This document shows, piece after piece, positions 45,297 through 54,906 of a stretch of DNA of 64,000 nucleotides (positions within the stretch are counted from its first letter, which is position 1; each line of letters begins with the position of its first letter). This DNA is from an uncultured Candidatus Saccharibacteria bacterium (GTDB taxonomy: Bacteria > Patescibacteriota > Minisyncoccia > Phycocordibacterales > CSBR16-119), in NCBI GenBank assembly GCA_964589975.1, contig CAZPVH010000001.1, positions 100,853 through 164,852 on the forward strand, read 5' to 3'. Below the pieces are notes generated by a model that had not been told where the DNA came from, made no database searches, and saw only the letters and a program-made list of their open reading frames with translations. Both the position numbers and the translations under genes were made by a program.

Positions 45297-46543
45297 TGAG
45301 AGCTGCGCTAAGAGTCGGATTCCTGCTGGGGCTCCGGCAGATAAAAAGAGCCAATATTTGGACGACGGCACTTATCATTTTTATTATGATGCTGACCTTC
45401 TTGAACCTGGTCGGAGTCTCCGGTATTTTGGTTGGCCTTATCGAAGGATCGGTCAAGGCTAACCGCGAACAATACAGCGGAAACGTACTTCTCACTACGC
45501 CAAAAGGCGAAAACTATATTGAAGGCAGCAATAGCGTAATTGCGACACTTCATAATATTCCGGAAGTCCAGAACTTCACGGCAAGGTTCCTTGATTCTGC
45601 AACCATTGAGGCGAATTATCGAAACCGCCGCGATCCGAACGCGCTCCGCGACAGCGTTGGCGCGCAAGTGGCCGGAATTGATCCTGTAGCTGAAAATGAG
45701 GTCGCGAGTTTGGCTAAATACGTGGCCGAAGGAGAATATCTGGAGCCGGGAGATGATCAGTATGTTCTGGTCGGAGCTAATATGATCCAGAGGTATATCT
45801 CAGATTTCGGCGAGGGATTCGATACGCTTGATGATATTTTCCCTGGAACAAAAATCCGTCTTACATCGGGAGACAAGACGCGTGAATACATCGTGAAAGG
45901 TATCGTTGATAGCAAAGTTGACCAGACATCTTTCCGAATATTTATGACCGAAGGTGAATTCGTCCGGTTCTTTGACCGAACGAGCGTGAATGTAAACGAG
46001 ATCGCGGTACTGGCGACGCCGGGGGTTTCGGAAGAGCGCCTCAAAGATATTTTCATCAAAAGCGGTTTCGCTGAAACAGCAAAGGTTCAGACTTCGAACG
46101 AGGCTATTCCGCAATTTTTGACTGACATCAAACTTGCTTTCGGGCTTCTTGGAAACATTATCGGTATGATCGGCATCATTGTCGCTTCCATTACAATCTT
46201 CATCATCATTTTCATTAACGCTGTGACGCGGCGTAAATATATCGGCATTTTGAAAGCGATCGGTATCGAGGCGCGCTCGATCAAGTGGGCATATATTATC
46301 CAGTCAATTTTTTACGCTGTCTCCGGCGCCGTCCTCGGACTCATTGTGCTTTACGGCGTGATGGTCCCGGCCTTTAACGCTCATCCGATAGACTTTCCAT
46401 TCTCTGACGGAATCTTGGTCGCGCCAATCGACAGCGTAATGTTCAAGTTTGCCCTGCTTCTAGTTGTGACTCTAATCGCGGGCTACATTCCGGCGTCGAT
46501 GATTATCAGAAAAAATACCCTGGACTCGATCCTTGGACGATAA
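45296..46543 (+). CDS. ABC transporter permease, FtsX/MacB-like
   Basis: N-terminal TM, large periplasmic loop, three C-terminal TM helices (GMIGIIVASITIFIIIFINAVTRRKYIGILKAIG). Confidence 0.75.
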   Translation: MRAALRVGFLLGLRQIKRANIWTTALIIFIMMLTFLNLVGVSGILVGLIEGSVKANREQYSGNVLLTTPKGENYIEGSNSVIATLHNIPEVQNFTARFLDSATIEANYRNRRDPNALRDSVGAQVAGIDPVAENEVASLAKYVAEGEYLEPGDDQYVLVGANMIQRYISDFGEGFDTLDDIFPGTKIRLTSGDKTREYIVKGIVDSKVDQTSFRIFMTEGEFVRFFDRTSVNVNEIAVLATPGVSEERLKDIFIKSGFAETAKVQTSNEAIPQFLTDIKLAFGLLGNIIGMIGIIVASITIFIIIFINAVTRRKYIGILKAIGIEARSIKWAYIIQSIFYAVSGAVLGLIVLYGVMVPAFNAHPIDFPFSDGILVAPIDSVMFKFALLLVVTLIAGYIPASMIIRKNTLDSILGR

Positions 46544-47228
46544 ATATATGATAATCACTGTAAAAAATCTCACAAAGACGTTCGTAAACGGAAAAATCGA
46601 GACTCATGTCTTGAAGGGAATTGACCTTACGGTTCGAGAAGGCGAATTCTTGGCCATCATGGGCAAATCCGGCGCGGGTAAATCCACGCTCATGTATCAG
46701 ATGAGCCTCCTCGATGAGCCGACGACTGGCGAGCTTATTGTCGACGGACTGGACGTTTTGAAACTAACAAACAAAGAAAAAACCAAATTCCGTTTGGACA
46801 AGCTTGGTTATGTTTTCCAAGACTACGCCCTCATGCCGGAACTCACCGCGAGCGAAAATATCATGGTACCAATCATTATGAAAGGATTTTCGACAGAGGA
46901 TGCGAAGAAGAAGGCCTCTGCCGCACTCGCTGAGGTCGGACTTGCTGGAAAAGAAGAGAACAGGCCATCACAGCTCTCTGGCGGGGAACAACAGCGCGTC
47001 TCCATCGCTAGAGCTATTGCTGAAGATCCAAAGATTCTTTTTGCCGATGAGCCAACGGCAAACCTCGATACTGCTTCCGGCGAGCACATTATTGAAGTTC
47101 TGCGAGACCTAAATAAAAAAGGGCAGACTATCGTTATGGTCACTCATGAAAAAGAATATACGCTCTACTGCGACAGAATCGTTCATCTGGCTGACGGAAA
47201 GATCGTGAGGGAAGAGAAGCTCAAATAA
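46533..47228 (+). CDS. ABC transporter ATP-binding protein (MacB/LolD-like)
   Basis: Walker A GKSGAGKST, signature LSGGEQQRVSIARA, Walker B ILFADEPT. Confidence 0.85.
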   Translation: MDDKYMIITVKNLTKTFVNGKIETHVLKGIDLTVREGEFLAIMGKSGAGKSTLMYQMSLLDEPTTGELIVDGLDVLKLTNKEKTKFRLDKLGYVFQDYALMPELTASENIMVPIIMKGFSTEDAKKKASAALAEVGLAGKEENRPSQLSGGEQQRVSIARAIAEDPKILFADEPTANLDTASGEHIIEVLRDLNKKGQTIVMVTHEKEYTLYCDRIVHLADGKIVREEKLK

Positions 47229-47253
47229 GTCTTTAAATACAAGCTAAAATTAT

Positions 47254-47282
47254 GTTGACAAATAGTATTAATTATGCTATTG
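47254..47282 (+). promoter_or_regulatory. Candidate sigma-70-like promoter
   Basis: TTGACA, 17-bp spacer, TATTGT. Confidence 0.35.
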
Positions 47283-47318
47283 TCTTTCAAAATACAAAAC
47301 ACCCTAAAACCAAAAAAC

Positions 47319-47651
47319 ATGTCTATGTTCTTGCGAGCCATGGGCGGAGTGTCGCGCGAAAGTCTCAGCGAGTCTGCAGGCAGTCCTCCTTCAAAACGAA
47401 AAGAAGTAAAATTCATTCTGAGGATCCCCGATCATTCTACTAGGCTGGAGCTCTCCGAACGCTATGATTTTGACGTTCAGGGCAAAGAGACAGTTGAAGT
47501 TGTAGCTGTGAGTAACGGGATGCAGTGGAACGACATGTCGGGGGAAGAATTTAGCCTGACCGGTTCAGTGAACATGAATGGCACATGGTGTCCATTTGTG
47601 AACCACTTCTACAAAACCGCTCATGGAGGAACGATGACCATAAAATATTGA
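47319..47651 (+). CDS. Hypothetical protein
   Basis: Start chosen at MSMFLRAMGG. The ORF is open from 47274. Terminator downstream. Confidence 0.4.
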   Translation: MSMFLRAMGGVSRESLSESAGSPPSKRKEVKFILRIPDHSTRLELSERYDFDVQGKETVEVVAVSNGMQWNDMSGEEFSLTGSVNMNGTWCPFVNHFYKTAHGGTMTIKY

Positions 47652-47661
47652 ACCAAGAAGT

Positions 47662-47697
47662 AGCGCCGTCCCACGTGGGGCGGCGTTCCTGTTTTTG
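47662..47697 (+). terminator. Rho-independent terminator
   Basis: gcgccgtccc-acg-tggggcggcg followed by TTCCTGTTTTTGG. Confidence 0.6.
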
Positions 47698-47710
47698 GTA
47701 TACTTCTTAA

Positions 47711-48415
47711 ATGGAAAATGTGAATCTCGTAACTTCATTCATCGCCGGCCTCTTTATGTTCTTGGCTCCTTGCACGCTTCCGCTTGTGCCTGGATTTATC
47801 GCTTTTATCTCACATGGAGAGAAAGAGCGGACAACGCGAAGCGCGCTGATGTTTTGTCTAGGGTTTCTTATGACGTTCATGATCTTCGGACTCTTGGCCG
47901 GACTCCTGGGTTACGCCCTCGCGCCAGTAAAAGCTGTGATTGAGAAAATTGGCGCGGTGTTTATCATCGTCCTTGGTTTCTACATGATCGGATTATTTAA
48001 TCTGCCATTCTTTAAGGGCCAATTATTCGGTGAGAAATTTCGAAATATTTTTAAAGGGAAACACTCGCCATTTATTTTCGGAGTTTCAATAGCGCTTGGT
48101 TGGTCGCCATGCGTCGGCCCCGTGCTGGCGGGAATATTTTTCTACGCCGCGTTTTCTTACAGCGTCTTCCAAGCGCTTTGGCTTTTCTTATTCTTCTCAC
48201 TCGGCTTTATTCTGCCGTTTCTTTTCATCGCCCACCTCATAAAAAGAGGCAGGAAGGTCACGCTTCGCTCTTCGCGCTGGTTTTCAGTCTTGGCCGGACT
48301 TATCCTCATATTCATAGGCATTCTTCTGTGGCGCGGCAAATTCGGCCAGCTTTCCGGATGGCTTTATAGCGCTCTGGATTTTCTAGACTACGAAAAGCTA
48401 AACAATCTCCTATAG
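47711..48415 (+). CDS. ccdA: CcdA/DsbD-family thiol-disulfide transmembrane electron transporter
   Basis: FLAPCTLPLVPGF and GWSPCVGPVLAGI, the two conserved Cys blocks of CcdA. Six TM segments. Confidence 0.7.
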   Translation: MENVNLVTSFIAGLFMFLAPCTLPLVPGFIAFISHGEKERTTRSALMFCLGFLMTFMIFGLLAGLLGYALAPVKAVIEKIGAVFIIVLGFYMIGLFNLPFFKGQLFGEKFRNIFKGKHSPFIFGVSIALGWSPCVGPVLAGIFFYAAFSYSVFQALWLFLFFSLGFILPFLFIAHLIKRGRKVTLRSSRWFSVLAGLILIFIGILLWRGKFGQLSGWLYSALDFLDYEKLNNLL

Positions 48416-48444
48416 CTTGATATAAATTTGCGTTATGATATTGT

Positions 48445-48660
48445 TTTAATTAATTCCGTTTCGAGCCCCAAGGGGATTTCGAAAGCAGCGCAGCTAGCCT
48501 TAGCGGATAGAGGGGGCAAAACGTCCAAGAAGTGAAAGTAGGGGTACCCCTCGTGCGCGGCCCGTAAGCCCGTAAAACCCTGGTTCTCGGTTAGGAGGTG
48601 CGTCGGAGTCCACACAAGTGGCGCGCACCTCCGCCGAGGATTTATTAGCTCTTTTGAAGA
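48445..48660 (+). ncRNA. Candidate structured ncRNA of undetermined class
   Basis: GC-rich 215-nt island between ccdA and a DedA gene. Nested stems: tttcga-gcccc-aa-gggga-tcgaaa, and ctcgg-tta-ggaggtgcg-(19-nt loop)-cgcacctcc-g-ccgag. Followed by its own terminator. No ORF. Confidence 0.3.
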
Positions 48661-48695
48661 CTAAAGCCCCTGAACACTTGTGTTCAGGGGCTTTC
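48655..48695 (+). terminator. Rho-independent terminator
   Basis: aaagcccctgaaca-cttg-tgttcaggggcttt followed by CTGTTATTTTGATTTT. Confidence 0.65.
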
Positions 48696-48697
48696 TG

Positions 48698-49387
48698 TTA
48701 TTTTGATTTTCTAGTCTGCTTTTTAACCGGCTCAGGATCTTTCATTTCAAGTCCCGGGATGATGGTCGGGATGAAGTCTCCAATTTTCCTGAGCCAAATC
48801 AAGAAATTCTTTTGGATGTAGCGGAGGATGACGATGGTGCCGATGGTAAGAAGTCCGATTAATAGGTAGTTCTTGAATCTTGCAACCCCATCGGTGATGA
48901 ACTCAATCTGCTTGTGGAAATGATGACCAAGCCCTAGGAAGACATTCACATATATAACAAGCGCTAAAAAGTTGTGAGAGAGGAAAGTTTTTCGATTTAC
49001 TCGGAGGTATCCTGACATAACCGGCCCGATAAATCGGAGGTATACTAGAAAACGCGAGAAGAAAATAATTTTATTGATATGTTTCTTCGTGTAAGCCTCG
49101 TTCTTTAATAGGCCTCTTTTCTCAAGCCTCTTGATAAAACTTTTGACCAGCTTGCTGCCGCGGAACGCCAGGCTGTAGAGGACATAGTCAGAAAGCATTA
49201 GTCCCAGGACGAAGAGAGCCATGACAATAGGGTAGAGAAAAAGCCCGTTGCCAGAAAGATACCCCATAACAACCAGGATCAACTCTTCTGGAACGGGAAT
49301 AAAAATATTTGAGAGAATAGCTAAAATGAAGACTCCAAAATAAGAGAGTCCTCCGACCGAGTCCAGGATTAAATTCGCTTCTTCCAT
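48698..49387 (-). CDS. DedA/TVP38-family membrane protein
   Basis: GVFILAILSNIFIPVPEELILVVMGYL matches the DedA signature. 229 aa, polytopic. Confidence 0.7.
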   Translation of the reverse strand: MEEANLILDSVGGLSYFGVFILAILSNIFIPVPEELILVVMGYLSGNGLFLYPIVMALFVLGLMLSDYVLYSLAFRGSKLVKSFIKRLEKRGLLKNEAYTKKHINKIIFFSRFLVYLRFIGPVMSGYLRVNRKTFLSHNFLALVIYVNVFLGLGHHFHKQIEFITDGVARFKNYLLIGLLTIGTIVILRYIQKNFLIWLRKIGDFIPTIIPGLEMKDPEPVKKQTRKSK

Positions 49388-49537
49388 TTGATGCTTCCAT
49401 TATACCAAGCGGCATGCCCCCACACCAAGTTGATTGTTTCTAACCAGGGCCCTAATTTAAAAACTTAGTGTGGGGGTGTATTTTTAAAAAAGTGGATGGG
49501 TGGTATAATGTCTTCATTAGCCTTAACTTTTATAACT

Positions 49538-49996
49538 ATGGAAAATAATTCATTCAAGACTCTAATGTGGATACTGCTCGGCCTTGCTGTTGTGGTTGTG
49601 GCAGTTATTATTCTGACTAAAAATAAAGACAAAAGTGGAGATGAAAATATGGTCATTGGCACGGCCGATGTGGACTCAGTTGATATCTTAAAGCTTGAAT
49701 CATTCCCGGTTCAGATCAGTGTCGTCGCAAAGGGTAATCTCCCTGACGGCTGCACTACTCTAGGTGACGCAAAAGAAACTTTTGACGGCAAAAGCGATTT
49801 CTCTATACGTCTTGAAACAAAGCGACCAATCGATGGTGCTTGTACTCAGGCCCTGGTACCGTTTGAGAAGAGCATTAACCTTGCCGGGGCAAATGGTCTC
49901 ACAAAAGGAACATACACAGTGGATGTTAATGGCGTAAAGAAATCTTTCACTCTAGATATGGACAACTTCATTAGTGAAGAAGACCCTCTTAAATAA
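49538..49996 (+). CDS. Hypothetical membrane-anchored protein
   Basis: Start chosen at MENNSFKTLMWILLGLAVVVVAVIIL. The ORF is open from 49496. Confidence 0.4.
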   Translation: MENNSFKTLMWILLGLAVVVVAVIILTKNKDKSGDENMVIGTADVDSVDILKLESFPVQISVVAKGNLPDGCTTLGDAKETFDGKSDFSIRLETKRPIDGACTQALVPFEKSINLAGANGLTKGTYTVDVNGVKKSFTLDMDNFISEEDPLK

Positions 49997-49998
49997 AC

Positions 49999-50445
49999 AT
50001 GTTTAGGTACGCCTCCTTGGTTTTGGCTGTTCTGTTGATCGCGACACCGGTTTTCGCGCAGGATAAGGATGCAAAAAGAACTGAAGCCAAAGAAAAAACA
50101 GGATTTCTTCAAAAACTCAACTTCGAAGAAGGGACATTTCTTGGGAATGCCAATGTGAAGTTCATGAAGCTAGTAAACAGAGTGGAAGATTGGCGCCTAG
50201 AAACTAAAGAAAAAATAGAAACCTCACTCGACAAGATAGAGACTCGCCGGGAAGATGAAAAAGAACCGAGCACAGCTGTTAAGGTGATTACGGTACTGCA
50301 TATCGCGCTACTTGCGATCCTCCTTTTCCTATTTTCTCTCCAATTTGTTTTTTGGACGGTCTCCATCCTACTAGTCATTGCTTTCATTCGTCGAATAGTC
50401 AGATTTATTGCAGGACTAATTCGTCGCGATCATATTTCCGCTTGA
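49999..50445 (+). CDS. Hypothetical secreted or membrane protein
   Basis: Signal peptide LVLAVLLIATPVFAQ. Charged middle region. C-terminal TM. Confidence 0.4.
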   Translation: MFRYASLVLAVLLIATPVFAQDKDAKRTEAKEKTGFLQKLNFEEGTFLGNANVKFMKLVNRVEDWRLETKEKIETSLDKIETRREDEKEPSTAVKVITVLHIALLAILLFLFSLQFVFWTVSILLVIAFIRRIVRFIAGLIRRDHISA

Positions 50446-50473
50446 TTTTGACCCAAGTCTCAGTTCATATATA

Positions 50474-50758
50474 ATGCGGAATATGGAACGCACAGGACTT
50501 TATTATCCCATTACTATTCTTATGGCTGTTTCAGCCATTTTTTGGCCATTTTGGGTAACGGCCATTTTTTTCATTGTTGGAGTATTGTTGTTTGAGAATT
50601 TTTACCCGGGGCTCATGATTTTATTCGTGATGGACGCTGTGTATGGATTTGAGACTTTTCGCGTAGGTCCTGTTTATGGATTCCTTACAATTAGCGGCAT
50701 ACTACTATTTATCTTTATGAAAATTATAAAGGGTTCTACTTCAATAATAAATCGTTAG
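50474..50758 (+). CDS. Small polytopic membrane protein, hypothetical
   Basis: 94 aa with three hydrophobic segments. Confidence 0.35.
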   Translation: MRNMERTGLYYPITILMAVSAIFWPFWVTAIFFIVGVLLFENFYPGLMILFVMDAVYGFETFRVGPVYGFLTISGILLFIFMKIIKGSTSIINR

Positions 50759-50759
50759 T

Positions 50760-52517
50760 ATGTTTTTTAGAAAAAGGAGAAAACTAAATAAAATAGGTAT
50801 TGATTTCGACGAGATTCTGATGGATTCAAAGAATCTTGGCGACTTCGATACACAGCAGTTCGAAGGCCGAATTGAACAAACTATCTCGAAACAAGCCATT
50901 TGGTCCATTGGCCTTGTGTTCTCGCTTGTGATTGTTATTTTTGCCGGACGGCTTCATGCTCTCCAGATAAAGAAAGGTGAAGAATATCGCGTGCTTTCAG
51001 AAAAAAATAGCTTAGATAGTCAGATAATTTTTGCTGATCGAGGGGTTATCTTTGATCGCAATGGCATCGAACTTGCATGGAATGAACGAACGCCGGAAAT
51101 GACAGAGTTTGATTTCTCGCACCGCGCTTATACCAAAGAACCGGGCGCGTCAGTATTGCTTGGTTACATAAAATATCCGCAAAAGGATAAAAAGGGTTAC
51201 TATTGGCAAACTAACTTTACCGGAATGGATGGTATAGAAAAAGAATATAACGACGACCTATCCGGTGAAAATGGTTCTAAGATTATTGAAGTTGATGCGC
51301 TGGGTGAGGTGGGTGGAGAAAATATTTTAAATTCGCCTGAGCACGGTAAAAACATAACTCTCACCATTGACCAGCGTCTCCAGTCAGCAATGTATAACTC
51401 CATGAAGACTTTATCTGAAGACATCGGTTATCAGGGTGGCGCAGGTGCCATCATGGACCTCTCTACAGGAGAACTTATTGTCGCCACGAGTTTTCCGGAG
51501 TATGATCCGGGCGTTATTACTGACGGCAGCGACGATGCACTCATAACTTCATATTTTCAAGATCAGAGGAAGCCATTCTTGAATAGATTTGTCTCCGGAC
51601 TTTATTCACCGGGATCTATCGTGAAGCCATTCATTGCGATCGGTGCTTTGAATGAGGGAATAATTACTCCTAGCACCACAGTTTTATCAACTGGAGAGAT
51701 AAAAGTTCCGAACCCATATGACCCTGAGCTTTCAACGACATTCAAAGATTGGAAAGAAGGAGGACACGGAGTTACTGATGTACGTAAAGCCTTGGCAGAA
51801 TCGGTTAACACTTTTTTCTACGCCATCAGCGGAGGTTATAAGGGTCAAAAGGGCATGGGTATAGCTAAAATTGAAGAATACATCCGCTTGTTTGATATCG
51901 GCGACAAGACAAATACTGATATTGGCGGGGAAGTCTCGGGAACTGTTCCAAGTCCAGAATGGAAAAAAAGAATATTTAATGGTGAGGCGTGGCGACTTGG
52001 AGATACTTACCACACTGCCATTGGGCAATATGGTTTTCAGGTCACGCCAGCCGAAATGCTCCGCGCTATTTCGGCTATCGCCAATGATGGGACTCTTGTA
52101 ACTCCTCATGTGGTAATGAATACTGAGCCATACTTAAAACATATCGAAAAAAATCTTCCGGCAGAAGATTATGAAGTAATTCGCGAGGGACTGCGGAGCG
52201 TGATCACCGAGGGAACAGGACAAGTTCTAAATGTTCCGTATGTCCATTTGGCAGGTAAGACTGGTACGGCCCAGGCCGGTGTGGGAAATAAATACATAAA
52301 CTCTTGGACGATTGGGTTCTTTCCATATGAAGATCCGAAATATGCTTACGTGCTCCTGATGGAAAAAGGTCCCAAAACTGGAGATCGCTCGGCTTCGTTC
52401 GCCTTGAGGACGTTTCTTGACTGGATGAAAGAAAACACGCCGGAGTATTTTGGCCTGCCGCCAGCTGAGCCGAAGCCTGCGCCAGAGGATGTACCCACTG
52501 ACGAGGAACAGGTTTAA
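50760..52517 (+). CDS. mrdA: Penicillin-binding protein 2-like peptidoglycan transpeptidase
   Basis: N-terminal TM. SPGSIVKPF (SxxK), LAGKTGTAQ (KTG). The dimerisation domain precedes the transpeptidase domain. It is not adjacent to ftsL, hence PBP2 rather than FtsI. Confidence 0.7.
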   Translation: MFFRKRRKLNKIGIDFDEILMDSKNLGDFDTQQFEGRIEQTISKQAIWSIGLVFSLVIVIFAGRLHALQIKKGEEYRVLSEKNSLDSQIIFADRGVIFDRNGIELAWNERTPEMTEFDFSHRAYTKEPGASVLLGYIKYPQKDKKGYYWQTNFTGMDGIEKEYNDDLSGENGSKIIEVDALGEVGGENILNSPEHGKNITLTIDQRLQSAMYNSMKTLSEDIGYQGGAGAIMDLSTGELIVATSFPEYDPGVITDGSDDALITSYFQDQRKPFLNRFVSGLYSPGSIVKPFIAIGALNEGIITPSTTVLSTGEIKVPNPYDPELSTTFKDWKEGGHGVTDVRKALAESVNTFFYAISGGYKGQKGMGIAKIEEYIRLFDIGDKTNTDIGGEVSGTVPSPEWKKRIFNGEAWRLGDTYHTAIGQYGFQVTPAEMLRAISAIANDGTLVTPHVVMNTEPYLKHIEKNLPAEDYEVIREGLRSVITEGTGQVLNVPYVHLAGKTGTAQAGVGNKYINSWTIGFFPYEDPKYAYVLLMEKGPKTGDRSASFALRTFLDWMKENTPEYFGLPPAEPKPAPEDVPTDEEQV

Positions 52518-52547
52518 ATTGACTTAAAGCCCTCAAAAGGCTAAAAT

Positions 52548-53024
52548 TTGGCCACTATGATCGATAAAGAACTGATAACCAAAGAGCGAAAGGCTGAGCT
52601 CGAAGCAGAGCTGAGACGCCTGGAAGGAGAAGAAAGGAGAGAAATAATCGAAAGTCTAGAGTTCGCCAAATCACTTGGCGACCTTTCTGAAAATGCCGAA
52701 TATCACCAAGCTAGAGAGGCTCAGGGTAAGCTTGAAGACCGCGTTAGGGAAATCAAAAGAATTTTGAAAGACGCCGAAGTTGTTTCCGGCAAGAAAAAGG
52801 GCGATACTGCTCAGATTGGTTCTATTGTCACTGTCCAGAAAAAAGGGGACAAGGATAAAAGGAAATTCATTATCGTTGGCGAAGGTGAGGCTGACATGGC
52901 TGCAGGCAAAATCTCTTATCAATCTCCACTTGGTTCGGCTATTTATGGACACAAGAAAGGCGACAAGACCGTATTCGACAGTCCGGCCGGATCGGTTGAA
53001 TATACTATCGTAGACATGGAATAA
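52548..53024 (+). CDS. greA: Transcription elongation factor GreA
   Basis: N-terminal coiled-coil ELITKERKAELEAELRRLEGEERREII...DLSENAEYHQAREAQGKLEDRVREI, plus a C-terminal FKBP-like domain. Confidence 0.85.
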   Translation: MATMIDKELITKERKAELEAELRRLEGEERREIIESLEFAKSLGDLSENAEYHQAREAQGKLEDRVREIKRILKDAEVVSGKKKGDTAQIGSIVTVQKKGDKDKRKFIIVGEGEADMAAGKISYQSPLGSAIYGHKKGDKTVFDSPAGSVEYTIVDME

Positions 53025-53030
53025 ATTGAG

Positions 53031-53142
53031 TCCCGTTATAAGCCGCGGTCGCTATGAAATATAAAATGATAATACTAGAAAGCAAAGTTAAAAATATAAT
53101 ACGAGCAAGTCGCGCCAAGACCGCGACCTGCTTCTAACGGGA
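53031..53142. mobile_element. MITE-like intergenic repeat, copy B (112 bp)
   Basis: tcccgttataagccgcggtcgc ... gaccgcgacctgcttctaacggga, flanked by TGAG (53027-53030 and 53143-53146). The last base of the element is the A of the lysS ATG. The stem carries a compensatory change relative to copy A (T-A becomes C-G). Confidence 0.6.
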
Positions 53143-54599
53143 TGAGCGCCCCAGACTCATTAAAAGAGGTGAGACTTCAAAAACTAGAGCTTCTCAAAAG
53201 CGCTGGCATGGATCCATACCCGGCTCGCGCTGATCGTGATTTCACTTTGGCCGAGGCCAAAGAAAAATTCGAAGATCTTGGCGAGCGAAGTCTATCGCTT
53301 GCGGGGCGCATCATGGCTATCCGCGGACAGGGAGCCATACTTTTTACTGTTCTAAATGATGGAACTGATTCTTTCCAGTCAGTGTTCAAGAAGGACGAGC
53401 TTGATGAAAATTTATTCAATCTTTTTGTCGACGCTGTTGACGTCGGGGATTTCATTTCCGTAACGGGTACATTTTTCACCACCCAAAAAGGTGAGAAGAG
53501 CCTTTTGGTCAAAGGTTGGAATATTCTTTCAAAGTCGCTTCTTCCTATGCCGGAGAAATGGGCGGGTATTCAGGACGAAGAGCTCCGACTCAGGAAGAGA
53601 TACCTTGATCTCCTTATGGACAAGGAAGCTCGCGATCTCTTTTACAAGAAATCAAAATTCTGGGAAGCGACAAGAAACTTTTTGAAGAAAGAAGGATTTC
53701 TGGAAGTCGAAACTCCGACGCTTGAAATCACAACCGGCGGCGCCGAGGCCAGACCATTTAAAACACATCACAATGACTATGATTTGGATGTATACCTCAG
53801 AATTTCTGTCGGCGAGCTCTGGCAAAAGCGTCTCATGGCCGCGGGGTTCCCGAAAACTTTTGAAATCGGCCGAGTTTACAGAAACGAAGGATCCAGTCCG
53901 GAACATCTTCAGGAATTTACGAACATGGAATTCTACTGGTCATTCGCCGACTATAACGACGGCATGAGACTTGTCGAGAATTTGTATAAACATGTAGCGA
54001 TGGAGGTTTTTGGCACCACTATTTTTACTACTCGCGGCCACACATTCGATCTCGGACACGAATGGGGCAAGGTTGATTATGTATCGCACGTGGAAGAACA
54101 TACGGGAATCAATGTCCTCACTGCGACGGAAAAGGAAATGGAGGCAAAGCTTCGCGAGCTTGGCGTTGAATACACTGGAAATAATCGTGAAAGGCTTATG
54201 GATACGCTTTGGAAATATTGCAGGAAAAAGATTGGCGGTCCGGCATTCCTCATAAATCATCCAAAACTCGTTTCGCCGCTCGCTAAGTCATTGCCGGATG
54301 ATCCGGAGCGCACAGAGCGTTTCCAGGTGCTTCTGGCCGGTTCAGAAGTAGGGAACGGCTTCTCTGAGCTGAACGATCCTATTGATCAGAGGGCGCGCTT
54401 TGAGCTTCAGGAAAAGCTTATAGAGCGCGGGGATGATGAGGCCATGATGCCGGAATGGGAATTTGTTGAGATGCTTGAACACGGCATGCCGCCAACCTGC
54501 GGATTTGGCTTCGGTGAGCGCCTATTTGCCTTTTTGGCAGATAAACCGATCCGCGAAACTCAGCTTTTCCCACTGGTAAAGCCGCGAAAAGACAACTAA
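53142..54599 (+). CDS. lysS: Lysyl-tRNA synthetase, class II
   Basis: N-terminal OB-fold anticodon-binding domain. Motif 2 VYRNEGSSPEHLQEFTNMEFY. Motif 3 region GMPPTCGFGFGERL. Confidence 0.9.
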   Translation: MSAPDSLKEVRLQKLELLKSAGMDPYPARADRDFTLAEAKEKFEDLGERSLSLAGRIMAIRGQGAILFTVLNDGTDSFQSVFKKDELDENLFNLFVDAVDVGDFISVTGTFFTTQKGEKSLLVKGWNILSKSLLPMPEKWAGIQDEELRLRKRYLDLLMDKEARDLFYKKSKFWEATRNFLKKEGFLEVETPTLEITTGGAEARPFKTHHNDYDLDVYLRISVGELWQKRLMAAGFPKTFEIGRVYRNEGSSPEHLQEFTNMEFYWSFADYNDGMRLVENLYKHVAMEVFGTTIFTTRGHTFDLGHEWGKVDYVSHVEEHTGINVLTATEKEMEAKLRELGVEYTGNNRERLMDTLWKYCRKKIGGPAFLINHPKLVSPLAKSLPDDPERTERFQVLLAGSEVGNGFSELNDPIDQRARFELQEKLIERGDDEAMMPEWEFVEMLEHGMPPTCGFGFGERLFAFLADKPIRETQLFPLVKPRKDN

Positions 54600-54607
54600 T
54601 AAACATG

Positions 54608-54638
54608 AAGGCCCCCGCATAGCGGGGGCCTTTGTTTT
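54608..54638 (+). terminator. Rho-independent terminator
   Basis: aaggcccccgc-atag-cgggggcctttgtttt. Confidence 0.7.
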
Positions 54639-54906
54639 ATTGGGGTTTCGGTGAGGCTTGGTCACCGTTACCGGGCTCTTTTGCCGGTTCTGCGTCGACC
54701 ACAATGGTTTCTTGAGCGTCGACAGGTCTTTCTTCGGGCTTCGATTCGCCCAGATCTTCGAAGCAACCGATAGGGACCAGTTTGCTTTTTCTCAAGGAGT
54801 AAACAGGAATCATGGGCGTTATTTTTTTCTGATAATACAATCTCTATAATTTGTTGTCAACGCTAACTCTCAGTTATCCCCAAACAAGGTGGGAATAGGT
54901 TTTTCT

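Noticed and set aside
48618-48821. 67-aa plus-strand ORF spanning the terminator and the 3' end of the DedA gene
   Set aside because: It crosses a strong terminator hairpin and overlaps the DedA CDS in antisense.
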